This document shows, piece after piece, positions 49,794 through 62,116 of a DNA stretch of 64,000 bases. Where the stretch lies: contig NC_087258.1 in NCBI RefSeq assembly GCF_037042905.1, positions 20,088,001-20,152,000 of the forward strand, written 5' to 3'. The DNA comes from Lytechinus pictus (lineage: Eukaryota). The translations under genes and the position numbers were made by a program. Within the stretch, counting starts at the first letter, position 1. Each line of letters opens with the position of its first letter. The notes under the pieces are model-generated. The model saw nothing but the letters and a program-made list of their open reading frames with translations, searched no databases and was not told the DNA's origin.

Positions 49794-49844
<51 letters not shown>

Positions 49845-49847
<3 letters not shown>

Positions 49848-52800
49848 ATCAAAGCACGCAAAATGTTTAAACACAAAAGAATAACGATACAAGAGGATCT
49901 AACTCCCCGAAACGCTAGTCTGTACAAAAAAACCTACCAGTCGTCCAATGTGGAGTCCGCCTGGACACACGATGGAAAAAATAATATCTGTAGTGAAAGC
50001 TAGCGGTGGGAAAAAAGTAACCAAACTCATCGGAAGTGAGCTTGATCTCCGATCGCTATGAACCTTATCATGAGGGTCTTGACCCTTCTGCTGATCCTGA
50101 CTTTGAATAAATCAAAGATATATTTATATGTCTCTGGTTGCAAACGTCGTTGCGAACTCATTGTCACCTTTTTATCTCACTTGATTAGTTGTATTTACTC
50201 ATTTATTTTAACATTTTACCCTTTGTGTTAGTTTAATGTCACAAAATTTTGCTTGTGAACTTTGTGAAAGGCAAATTTCCGATATAAATAATCTAACTTG
50301 TCTAGCTTGTGAAGATCACTTAGATTCATTACGGGCTCTGGAAGATGATTTTGGTCCAAATACTCATTACTATACTTTACCTGAATACAATACAGACATT
50401 TCAAATACAAGCTGTGTGGATAAGTTCTTAACCATTCCTCATTTTAACTGTAGAAGTTTGACTAAGAATATTGACAGTCTTGAATATGTATTATCTGAAA
50501 CCGAATGCTCATTTTCTATAATAGCAGTATCGTATATCGTATATGTACAAATTGATGGTCATCAATTTGTCGGAAAAGGTAGAAATGACAGACGTGGTGG
50601 TGGAGTAGGTTTTTATTTAAAAACTGGATTGAAATTCAGAAGACGTCTAGAACTTGATATTTTTCATGACTTTATTGAGATTCTCTTCATTGAAGTTTAT
50701 GGTAAATATTCAAGTACTATCTTTGCTGTCTGTTATAGGCCACCTACTCAATCGATGACATGTTTTTTAAGTGAACTGGAAGTACTAATTTATAAAATAT
50801 CTAAAGAAAAAAAAAAGAATGTGTCTTAATCGGAGATTTTAATTTAGATTTATTAAAGACTACTTCTTACAATAATGTAAATAGTTTTATTGATACGCTT
50901 AAGTCTTTTTCTTATGCTCCCTTAATTTTAAGACCTACCAGAATAATTATGCAATCTGTAACTCTTTATCAATAGACCTGAAAATATAAAAAATTCAGGA
51001 ATAATTCTCACCGACGTGAGTGATCATTTTTCAATCTTTGGTCACTTAAGATCTGTTTTTGAAGATGATCGCTGTGATGTAGTCTTAAAGCGTGCAATAA
51101 ATGACTTTAATATTTCTTTGATTTGTGAAACGGTACTTAACACAAACTGGGATCAGATATTAGATTGTACATATGCAGATTGTACTTTTGAACAAATGTT
51201 AGATTGTACATTTGTAGATAGTACTTTGATCTATTAATGAAATATTTTCTAAAATCTTATGACATATACTTTCCATTAAAAGAAATGAAATTAAAACAGA
51301 GAAAACAACATCCTTGGTTTGATGTAGAACTCAAAAGAATGTGCAAAAAAGAAAAATATCTTATTTCGGAAGTATCTAAAAAATCCATCCTCTTATCGAA
51401 AAGATGTATATTCTTGTTATAGAAACTTTGTAAACAATGAGATACGAAAATGTAAACGAGAATATTATTTTTCTAGATTTAAAAGTGTCAAAGGTAATAT
51501 CAAGGCAACTTTGAAAACTACAAATGACATTTTGATGAAAGTTAAGGGATGTGTGCAATATGATTTTATAGAACAAAATGGTATACAGATAAACAGCAAA
51601 CAGGCCATTGCCCAAGCTTTTAAATATTTTTTTTAGCACTATTGGCAGGGATACTGTAAATAGTATACTTAATGCCTCTGTTGACGTTTTGCATTTTTCA
51701 CCAAATAGGGATTTTTCACAGTCTATGTTAATGAAACCAGTTGAAACTTCAGAAATACTTGAAATTGTAAAAAAAAACTTGACTCATGCAAATCCCCTGG
51801 ATATGATGATATTAATATTGATGTTCTAAAGAAGTCTATTGCTTCCTTTGTTGTACCGATTTGCAATCTATTTAATATGTCCTTACAAGCTGGTGTATTT
51901 CCTATTGCTCTAAAGAAGGCTAAAGTGATTCCTCTACATAAAAAGGCGATAAAAATATTTTAAGTAATTATAGACCTATATCAATTTTATCCACTTTTTC
52001 AAAAATCTTAGAAAAGCTTGTGTATAGTCGTTTATTTTCCTTCTTGTCAAAAAGATATATACTGTACCATAAACAATACGGGTTTAGACAAAACTTACAT
52101 GGCTCTTTTAGATTTTACTAATATTATTGCTAAATCATTTGAAAATAAAAGAGTTGTTTATGTATCTTTTTAGATTTAATTAAGGCATTCGATTACATAA
52201 GTCATGAATATGTATGTGTAAATAATGCATCTTCTGAATCACACATAACACCTATGGTGTCCCTCAAGGATCAGTATTAGGTCCCTTTTTTATTTTGTTG
52301 TTCATAAACGACATTCAATATGTAAGTAGTATATTACAATCGATAATTTTTGCGGATGATACAAGTTTATTGCTACCTGGTGAAAATATTGATAGATTGT
52401 GTCTAACTTTTAATATAGAACTTAAAAAACTGATACTTGGTTTAAAGCAAACAAATTAAAATTAATTGCAGAAAAAACTTCCTGTATGTTATTTCAGCCA
52501 AATAACAAAAATATCAATATTTCTTGTATAAGAACACATATCAACCAACAAATTATATCGATTGTAAATTATCCAAATTTTTTTAGGAGTTAAAATTGAC
52601 AATAAGTTGACATGGAAAGAGCATGTATCTTATGTATCATGTCAAATATCTAAAGCTGTTGGTGCAATGAATAGAATAGAGAAAATTGTTCCTTTTTATA
52701 TTCTTCTTAAATTGTATAATAGCATGATCTTGCCATATCTTAACTACTGTAATATAGTATGGGGTGGCTGTGCAAAGACCTTAAGGACGTTCCACAGTTA

Positions 52801-54438
52801 TGTTTGTGCGCATTATAATCTGCGCATAGTTTACACTCTGCGCGCTGACGTCACAATGGATGAACAGGTGACTAATAAGCTGCGGGTATGAGCTGATTTT
52901 TCTCATCATCTGCACTTTAACTGCAGATCCGATGCGTTATTTCATGAAGCTAATAAATGAAATTATTCCATGGACCATTCAAAGAAAAATTTATCTACAT
53001 TTCAAAATACTTTACTCTGCAGTGCTGCCAAGAATCACGAATATTACCCCGAGTTTGAATAAATGGGAGAGTGGTTTTGATTGTTTCTTCACATAGATAC
53101 AAAGCATTCGGCGCATTTTTGGTGTTTTAAAAAGCACATTTGCTCTAATGAAAATGCTGATAGTTTAAAAACAAGCACATGAACCCCTATTCTTTAATGT
53201 TTGTACCTCTTAGGTATACCTTCCTCTACAACTCTGCAAATTTTTGTGAAAATGACATGGATTTTGAATAAAGTGCAGCATTTATTGTACGTTTGTAGTT
53301 TGTTACTGAAATTTCACATTTTTTAGATTGGGATTTTGTTATCTTTTACGCCATTTTTAAGAACTGACAATTCTGTTAAACTTAAAATTGCAAACAAATA
53401 GCACTATAAATAGATTATCCATTCTAATGATACAATTATTAACTCTCTTGCGAAACTTCATGACTTTTTCGTGTATTTTGACAGAGTAATAGAGGTTTAA
53501 ACTCATTGTAGTAATCTTGGGCGGTCTAAAAATGCCAAATTCTTGTGAATGCGCGATTCTTAAGAACATCAATTTGGGTGAACTTTGAAGCTTTATAGCA
53601 AAAAATCAAGCACATGGACCTATGTTAATTTTTGCATATTTCGAATATTAAGGTTCTAAAGTATATATGTGCAAAGTTTGGTGAAAATGACATGGATTTT
53701 ACTTTAACTGTGGAACGTCCTTAATAGAGTTTTCATTCTCCAAAAACGAGCAATACGAATTATGTTTAATTTACATCCTTACTCACACACTGATCCTGTC
53801 TTTAAAAACTTCAGTATATTAAATTTGTTTTATATACGTAAACAACAGATTGGCATATTAATGTTTCGTACTCCAAAAATATACTTCCGAAGTATTTAGA
53901 AAATTGTTTTGTATAGAATAAAATTGTATGTAAATATGCGACCCGTCAATCAAATCTTTTCCATCTACCAACCCTAAATTATAATTTCTCAAGAACTACC
54001 ATTTCTTATGCAGGACCTAAGTTTTGGAACAAATTGCCACAAGAAATAAATATACTTTGAATATGTTTAAAAGAAAACTAAAAAAATACCTAGTTGAAAA
54101 TGGATCCTAGAATAAAGCTAACAAAGTATTGCCGGGGAATGGGGTCCCGGATGTCCGGTTGTCTTTTGTTATTTAATTTACACTTATATTTCTGAATTCC
54201 ATGTGTGTCTATTTCTTTTTCCATTGTTTTGTGTTATATTTTGTATATATTTAAGAAACATTTTATGTAAATTTTATTACCTTTAGGAATAACCCTGATA
54301 GGCCTTTGTCAATTCCCACTACATTATGATTTCGAACTGAATATGTTTCATTTTAATGTTTTTTATTGTATATATCTATCTGCATATGAATTTGTACTTG
54401 TGTTTCTAATCAGATGTGGAAATAAATTTGAATTGAAT
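49845..54438 (+). mobile_element. Decayed CR1/L2-group LINE (end of ORF1, ORF2 APE-RT)
   Basis: ORF1-like EDLTPRN...AWTHDGK; APE motifs HFNCRSL, GGGVGFY, CYRPP, GDFN, SDHF; RT motifs YRPISIL, QYGFR, KAFD, GVPQGSVLGP, FADDT. Many stops and frameshifts; AATAAA and (TTGAA)n-like tail. Confidence 0.9.
52785..53720. mobile_element. Kolobok-like non-autonomous element nested in the LINE
   Basis: TTAA-GGACGTTCCACAGTTA...TAACTGTGGAACGTCC-TTAA; 16-bp perfect TIR. Confidence 0.92.
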
Positions 54439-54880
54439 ATATAAATGTACATATATACATATATATATATAATGTACACACACATATAAAAAATACAGTT
54501 TCTTTCTTTTAGTTATATGGTTGTTCACCATCCATGATTGTTCCTATAACATTGGTAAAAGTTATTCATGTCAATTATCCGTCGAGTCATATGCATGCTA
54601 AACATTCAGTGATCGAGACTCTTTCATCGGGGATAGCTAGGATCATAAAGCGGAGAAGAGAGTGAGATAGAGACAGAGAGAGAGAGAGAGAGAGATAGGC
54701 AAGAAAGAAAATATGATAAAACGGTTGAGGCGTATTTGAAATAAGTAGTCAGATTAAAATCTAATCCGATAAGAATCGTACATCGTTTTATTTGGTTGTT
54801 TGATTGACTTAATCTCGACATATACAAATCGACATGGACAACGTCTAGACTGTTCATCCTTCATCACGAACTCGGTAATA

Positions 54881-56189
54881 CAGTGCGTATAAAAAAACGG
54901 GACAGATTTGAAGTCTATAAAATTTTTGTTTCAAATTATGATGTCTATATTTTGGTGTAAATAGGTGCTTTAGGGTCTTATCTTTGAAATGCAATTAAAA
55001 AAAAAACTTTGTTCATGCTTGAGCGAACACAGGACGTTTTTATTGGGGGTTCAAAAAGAGGCTTGCGCCAGAATTGCAGAATATGAGTAATATGATGATC
55101 AGACTTCTTGCTAATCAGGAGACTTCCTCTTGACCTTTTCATTATCTGTGCCACAATTTTCGAACTATGCTGTCAAATTTTATTTACAAATTTATTTATT
55201 TATTTACTTGAATTATTTTGTTTTTTCATTTAAACTTCTCTTACCTTTTAATTTTCCTTCATAAGTAACTGAGAAAAGAAGATTTTGTGTCAACCCAAGC
55301 AAAAAGATTTGCATTATTAATTGGGAAAACTTGTAATTATTCAAATCCTTTTATTATTGTGAAACAAATTATGTTATGTACATTTAAAAGACATGAATCT
55401 ATTTTTCAAGGGGTCATTGATTCCTTGACCAAGTTTAATTGCTTGACAGGAAACAAAGGAAGGGATTCATGTCTTTCAATGACAATGGTGTATCGAGTCA
55501 ATTTTGAAGGAGCTAGATATGGCAGATCTGGTAAAATGTATTAAAAAGTTGTGAGCGAGCGATTCAGAAAATAATATCATATCTTACTTTTTATCTTTCC
55601 TTTTATTTCCTGTCCACTTTTTTTCTTGGTCATGATTTTTTTTAATTGAGGGGGGGGGGGTGAGCATCCCAAGCCCCCGCCCATCTGTGTGGCACTGTTC
55701 AAAAGGCACCATAACCTTTGTAGCACACAATGAAAGGATTTGAAGGAAAAAAATCCATGCTCTCCCATACGTCGGTTGAAACAAAATTGTTTTAGCTTGA
55801 AGAAGGAATATTCAAAGCTAACAGAGAGCATATTATTAAACAACAACAGAACAATTCAAGCAAATAAAAATATCTGAAAATGAATTTTGACCGCATGATT
55901 TGAAAATTATGGCAAAGATAATGAAAAGGTTAAGAGGAAGTCTGCTAGTTAGCAAGAAGTCCGATCATCATATTTATAATTGTATGCCATTTTGGCGCAA
56001 GCCTCCTTTTTAACCCCAGACAAAAATTATTCCGTGTTCGCTCAAGCATGAACGAAACTAAATTTTTTAATAGCATTTGAAAGATAAGACCTTAGAACAC
56101 CTGTTAACACCAAAATATAGACATTACTATTTGAAACAAAAATTTTATAGACTTTTCAAATCTGTCCCGTTTTTTTTTTATACGCACTG
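54881..56189. mobile_element. Tc1/mariner-type non-autonomous element (1.3 kb)
   Basis: TA-CAGTGCGTATAAAAAAACGGGACAGATTTG...CAAATCTGTCCCGTTTTTTTTTTATACGCACTG-TA; long TIRs. An empty site GTAATAAAGAT is present in the other units. Confidence 0.93.
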
Positions 56190-57332
56190 TAAAGATTGAT
56201 TCTGCTGAGCGCATGTTTCACGACATTACCAGTAGAAGCTAGCCAATACTTTGGTTTCTATGCCATTCTTCTCCCGTCTACCACTAATACGGTACCACGC
56301 CTCTTTGATTCCTTTTGGCCTTGCTTGTCCTTCTGTATCGACATCATACAAAAAGTGAGGTAAATTTCTTCATCTCGACGTATTGCTCGAAGCTAGCAGC
56401 TTGAAATGGAAAATCTTGTATGACTTTGGAGAATATTTGTTAACCAAACACGAGCAGACTTTGATATTTCCGGACAAAATTGTCAAGATCAAACGCTACA
56501 AATTAATATCGTCATGGAGCAGACTGTCTTCCAAGTTGTAAACTTTGCAATATTACCCAGTTTGATAAATTCTTCTCGAAGCTAGGTTGCCTGAGAAATT
56601 TATTCTTAACCGCAATGTTGTCTATACCATTCCAAACATGACAGATGTGCTAAACTTGCATGGGTCTCGCTGTACAGTGTCAATTATCGACTTTTCCGTA
56701 TTCAATTTGAACTTCTTATAGCAGAGTGGTAAATGGGGACAATTCTGTTTCTGTTTCTGTTTATGGTAACTCCGGTAGAACTCGGCAGGACAGCAGTTTT
56801 GCTGGTAAACGCCAAGCTGGTATATAACCAATTACCTATGAAACATTTTACGTCTAGGTTAACCAGTCATAATGGCTGACCTCATAGACGACAGATATTA
56901 CACTCGGGCCTGTTTATAAAAGTGGAGACAATGGCAGAGTGGAGATTCGTACTCACAACCTTGCGATTATGAGTCCAATGCTCTTATTACTGGACCACAC
57001 GACCCGTGAATTGATTTCTAATGACATGTACAGCAGCGTAACTTGGAGAGCAAGCAAGCCATGTTATGCACAGACTGACAATCTTAACAGAACACCAATG
57101 CATCTACACAACCAGAACTGTTACTGCTTCTCTTCTGGACACATTCTCATTCTGGTACCGGTATCAGTTCATCTGGTAAATAATACAATTCCATTAAAGA
57201 AACACCATAGGAATCTTAAAACTGAGTTTATCGTCTTATCATTCTGCAATGAATATTGATGTCATAGTTTGACAGATGCAGGAAAGTCCGTAGTGGTCTT
57301 TACCATTAAATTCTGTAACGGGTGTCATCAAA

Positions 57333-58289
57333 ATGGGCGAAGTTATGGACCAAGCTGTTTTCGTTAATCACCAGTTTGCTGGCAAAATACTGATGGCGTG
57401 CATTTCTCCACTTTTCCCATTCATCATCGTCAGCAACGCATTGTTGATTTTGATAGTTTACAGGAATCACAGCCTCCGTACACCAACGAATATCATTGTT
57501 GCGAGTCTTGCCTTTTCAAATCTCGTCGACGCCCTTATCAGACTTCCGCTGAATACGTATGGAGTTGTATTTAAGATAGAAGAGGCGTGCACAGGTGATG
57601 AAGATTCTCTGTATCATTTGCCCCTGCAAATAATAGCAGGTGTTTCGTTTGGCCACATTGTAGCGTTGACTGCTGATCGATACATTGCTGTTACAAAACC
57701 GTTACGCTATGTTCAGATAGTGACGCTAACGCGCATTGCAATCGTATTGGGATCTCTCTGGATTCTCAGTACGTTGCTGAACAGCGTTCGATATGTTGGC
57801 TTCAAACTTCAAACAAACTCGACAATTCTGGATCGCAATAAAACAATATGTGATAGGCCCTATTCTGGATCAATGTCTTTCAACTTCGGATGGCTACTCT
57901 TAAGCGTGGTCGTGGTCTTAATGGTTGCTTTACATGTCATCAATACTTTGCTACTTCGAATTGCGATGAAGCAAAAGAGAAAAATTGCAATTCAGAGAGT
58001 GGTGATAGGTTTTCACCAAGATCAACCTCCTGCTCAAAATGACCGGTTGAAGGCATTTAAAACAATATCGCTTGTCGTGTTACTCTTCGTTATCTTCTGG
58101 TTTCCATTTCCTGTGTATCTCGTTTTGTGGCTTACAACGTACGTGTCACCTCAAACATTTTCAGTATATTGTAATTGCTTTCTTGTGTGGCATACGATAA
58201 GTTTGATTGTCAATCCCTTATATGGTTTCAGGGATCGGGCTTTTCGAAAGAACTTTCAGAATATCTTTCGTCAATGTAGGGCACCATAG
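57333..58289 (+). CDS. GPCR cluster copy 5 (intact ORF, 318 aa, NPxxY shortened to NPLY)
   Basis: 7TM ORF, DRY, FWFP; one-codon deletion in TM7; more diverged ECL2-TM5. Confidence 0.9.
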   Translation: MGEVMDQAVFVNHQFAGKILMACISPLFPFIIVSNALLILIVYRNHSLRTPTNIIVASLAFSNLVDALIRLPLNTYGVVFKIEEACTGDEDSLYHLPLQIIAGVSFGHIVALTADRYIAVTKPLRYVQIVTLTRIAIVLGSLWILSTLLNSVRYVGFKLQTNSTILDRNKTICDRPYSGSMSFNFGWLLLSVVVVLMVALHVINTLLLRIAMKQKRKIAIQRVVIGFHQDQPPAQNDRLKAFKTISLVVLLFVIFWFPFPVYLVLWLTTYVSPQTFSVYCNCFLVWHTISLIVNPLYGFRDRAFRKNFQNIFRQCRAP

Positions 58290-59833
58290 TAATAATCCAT
58301 TCGCACACACTCGAGTCTTGTACCATCACTTCGGGTTATCGCGTCTGGTCGGGCAGTTGCGTATCCCGCACATTCCAAAAAAAGGGCTCCCTAAATTCCC
58401 GAGAGTCGGGTCTTGTGGTGTTTCATCAATGCTGTCAGCACTGCATCATTATTCCTAGATTGATAAAAATTGTTCATGTCAATTTTATGTTCATCCATGC
58501 ATGATAAAAGTTTAGGCGTACAGACACCTCCCCTCATGGATAGCTGGGATCATGAGGAGGAGAAGAGAGGGAGAGAAAGAGAGGGGACAGTGAAGTGAGA
58601 AAAAGAGAGAATCGGGTGAAACGTCTTGTTCGTAAGTAGTCAGATTAGAATCCAATTCCAATAAGAATCGGTCATCGTTTTAATTGGCCGTTTGATTGAC
58701 ATATTTTTTACATGATTTCCTAAATCGACAGCGACAACGTCTAAACTGCCGATTAATTCTTCATCACGAACTCGGTAATAAAAAATTGATGCTGCGATCG
58801 GAGAGCACTGGTCACGCCATTATTAATATTGACTCAATTTGACTTTGGATTTTTTTTTAGTGATTAGTCAGAGTAGAATCCTATTCCATTAAAAATCATT
58901 CATCTTTGGTTATTTGATTGGCTTAATTTACCATAAAATTATGTACAAAATCGCCAGGGACAACGCCTGAATGGCAAATTCTTCATCACGAACTTGGTAC
59001 TAATGAATGGTTCTGCCGAGCGCACTTGTCACGCCATTACCGGTAGGAGCGAGCTAATACTTAATGGTTTCTATGCCATTCCTTTTCTGTCTACCGCTGA
59101 TCAGGTACCGCGACTCTGTGGTTCCTTTTGGCCTTGCTTGTCACAGTTTCATGTCAAGTGTGGTTTATTTTCTTAATCTATTGCTATTGCTCTGATCTAG
59201 CAGCTTGAAATGGAAAATACTGCATGATTTATAGATTATTTGAAACAACCATACACAAGCAGACTTAGATATTTCCTGACATAATTGTCAACATCAAACG
59301 CTACAGATTAAAATCGTTATAAAGCGGACTGTGTACAAGGTGGTGACGCGTGTGCAATATCCTCGGCCAGATTTGGACATTCTTCTCATCGGTTGCTTGA
59401 GAAATTTATTCTTGACCGTAAACTGATTATACCAATCTACACATGCCAGATATGCTGAACTTTGGTGCTCTCTGTGTAGGGTCGATTTTTGCGTGTTCAG
59501 AATGAACTTCGTAGAGGAGAGTGGCAAATAGGACAGTTGATTTCTAATGACTGGTAAAACATGCACAGCCCAGGAGGCATCTTCACGACCAGGACTAAAT
59601 TTCCTCCAGACATGCCCTCATTCTGGCATTAGCCTCAGTAAATAGTATAACCTTCAAATAAAGAAATATTGTAAATAGATTATCGGAATCTTCAAACTGA
59701 CAAGTTAATCATGATATAATTCTGCAATGAATATTCATGTATTAGCGTGGTAGGAGCAAGGTCAGATGCAGGACGTCCATTGAAATTTTCACCATGACTA
59801 CTGTAACAGCTAGGCATTACAGGTATCATCACA

Positions 59834-60783
59834 ATGATCGACGTTTTGGACCCAGCTTTTTTCGTTAATCACCAGTTTGCTGGCAAAATACTGATGGCGT
59901 GTATTTCTCCACTTTTCCCTTTCATCATCGTCAGCAACGCACTGTTGATTCTGATAGTTTACAGAAATCACATCCTCCGTACACCAACGAATGTCATCGT
60001 TGCGAGTCTTGCCTTTCAAATCTCGTAGATGCCCTTGTTGGACTTCCGCTTAATACGTACGGAGTTGTATTTAAAATAGGAGAGGCGTGCACAGGGGATA
60101 TAGATACTCTGTATTACTTACCCCTTCAAATGATAGCAGGTGTTTCGTTTTTGCACATCGTAGCGTTGACTGCTGATCGATACATTGCTGTTACAAAACC
60201 GTTACGCAGATAGTGACGCTTAAACGCATTGCAATGGTATTGGGATCTTTCTGGATTCTTAGTGCGTTGCTTAACATCGTTCGATTTGTTGACTTATTCA
60301 AAGACCTTCAAACAAACACGACGATCCCGGATCACAATCCAACAATATGCGGAATGCCCTATTCTGATGGATCAACGACTTTAACCTTCGGATGGATAGT
60401 TTTATCCGTCTTCGTGGTCTTAATGTTCGCGCTACCTGTTACCAATAATTTATTACTTCGAATTGCGTTGAAGCAAGCGAGAAAAATTGCAATTCAGAGA
60501 GTAGTGATAAGTGTCCAGCAAGATCAACCTCCTCCTCAAGATGACCGGTTGAAAGCACTTAAAACAATTTTACTTGTCGTGTCACTCTTCGTCATCTTCT
60601 CGTTTCCCTTTCCCGTGTATCTCGTTTTGCGGCTTACAACGTACATGTCATCTCTAACATTTTCAGTATTTTGAAATTGCTTTCTTGTGTGGCATACGAC
60701 CGGTTTGATTGTTCATCCCTTATTATATGGTTTCAGGGATCGGGCTATTCGAAAAGGCTTTCAAAATATCTTGCGTCAATGTA
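59834..60783 (+). pseudogene. GPCR cluster copy 6 (pseudogene, most diverged)
   Basis: Colinear with the intact copies across three ORF pieces: 1-bp deletion ~60013, 7-bp deletion ~60207, TGA at 60672. It lacks its own stop and 3' flank. Confidence 0.92.
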
Positions 60784-60821
60784 AGTCTTTACCATTAAAC
60801 TCTGTAACGGGTGTCATCAAA

Positions 60822-61781
60822 ATGGGCGAAGTTATGGACCAAGCTGTTTTCGTTAATCACCAGTTTGCTGGCAAAATACTGATGGCGTGCATTTCTCCAC
60901 TTTTCCCATTCATCATCGTCAGCAACGCATTGTTGATTTTGGTAGTTTACAGGAATCACAGCCTCCGTACACCAACGAATATCATCGTTGCGAGTCTTGC
61001 CTTTTCAACTCTCCTTGACGCCCTTGTCGGACTTCCGCTGAATACGTATGGAGTTGTATATAAGATGGAAGAGGCGTGCACAGCTGATGGAGATACTCTG
61101 TATTATTTGCCCCTGCAAATAATAGCAGGTGTTTCGTTTTGCAACATTGTAGCGTTGACTGCTGATCGATATATTGCTGTTACAAAACCGTTACGCTATG
61201 TTCAGATAGTGACGCTAAGGCGCATTGCAATCGTATTGGGACCTTTCTGGATTCTCAGTACGTTGCTGAACAGCGTTCGATATGTTGGATTAAAACTTCA
61301 AACAAACTCGACAATCCTGGATAGCAATAAAACAATATGTGGTACGCCCTATTCTGGATCAACGACTTTAACATTCGGATGGCTGCTTTTTTGGGTAATC
61401 ATGGTCTTGATGGTCGCGCTACCTGTTATCAATTTTTTGCTACTTCGCATTGCGATGAAGCAAGCGAGAAAAATTGCAATTCAGAGAGTGGTGATAGGTC
61501 TCCGCCAAGATCAACCTCCTGCTCAAAATGACCGGTTGAAGGCATTTAAAACAATATCGCTTGTTGTGTCACTCTTCGTTATCTTCTGGTTTCCCTTTCC
61601 TCTGCATCTCGTTTTGCGGCTTACGACGTTCATGTCACCTCTAACATTTTCAGTATATAGTTATTGTTTTCTTGTGTGGCATACTATCAGTTTGATTGTC
61701 AATCCCTTATTATATGGTTTCAGGGATCGGGCTTTTCGAAAATGTTTTAAAAATATCTTTCGTCAATGTAGGTGGCCGTAG
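60822..61781 (+). CDS. GPCR cluster copy 7 (intact, 319 aa)
   Basis: 7TM ORF from MGEVMDQ, DRY, FWFP, NPLLY. Only ~38 bp of its own leader is retained upstream. Confidence 0.92.
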   Translation: MGEVMDQAVFVNHQFAGKILMACISPLFPFIIVSNALLILVVYRNHSLRTPTNIIVASLAFSTLLDALVGLPLNTYGVVYKMEEACTADGDTLYYLPLQIIAGVSFCNIVALTADRYIAVTKPLRYVQIVTLRRIAIVLGPFWILSTLLNSVRYVGLKLQTNSTILDSNKTICGTPYSGSTTLTFGWLLFWVIMVLMVALPVINFLLLRIAMKQARKIAIQRVVIGLRQDQPPAQNDRLKAFKTISLVVSLFVIFWFPFPLHLVLRLTTFMSPLTFSVYSYCFLVWHTISLIVNPLLYGFRDRAFRKCFKNIFRQCRWP

Positions 61782-61807
61782 TAAGAATCCATTCGAACAC
61801 ACTCGAG

Positions 61808-62116
61808 GCTTGTGTCATCACATCGGGTTATCGCGTCTGGTCGGGCAGTCGCGTAACCCGACCATTGGAGTACAGGGCTCCCTAAATTTTCGAAAGTAGG
61901 GTCCTGTTTACCCGACGCATTGTGAAATTATCAGTAAAATATACGTATGTTCGGGTTCAATTTACCCGATGTTTTGTGAAAATTGTAAGCCAAATTTATC
62001 AAAGATCAGGTAAACTGGACCAAACCTTTTGGAAATTTATAGGTGGTCCTGTTTTCGAATGGTCAGGTTACGCGATTGCCTGACTAGAAGGGATAACCCG
62101 ATGCGATGGCACAAGC
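61808..62116. repeat. Old inverted repeat (~110-bp arms) immediately 3' of the GPCR stop
   Basis: GCTTGTGTCATCACATCGGGTTATC...GGTCCTGTTTACC is mirrored by GGTAAACTGGACC...GATAACCCGATGCGATGGCACAAGC. The left arm follows every intact copy. Confidence 0.75.

Noticed and set aside
60687-60821. N-terminal extension of the 364-aa GPCR ORF
   Set aside because: It starts at a non-ATG codon and is the TM7/helix-8 tail of pseudogene copy 6; the homologous start is ATG 60822.
24372-61781. Naming the receptors as adrenergic, histamine, adenosine or trace-amine orthologues
   Set aside because: Only generic class A motifs are visible and the aminergic TM3 Asp is absent; orthology needs a phylogeny, so no gene symbols were assigned.
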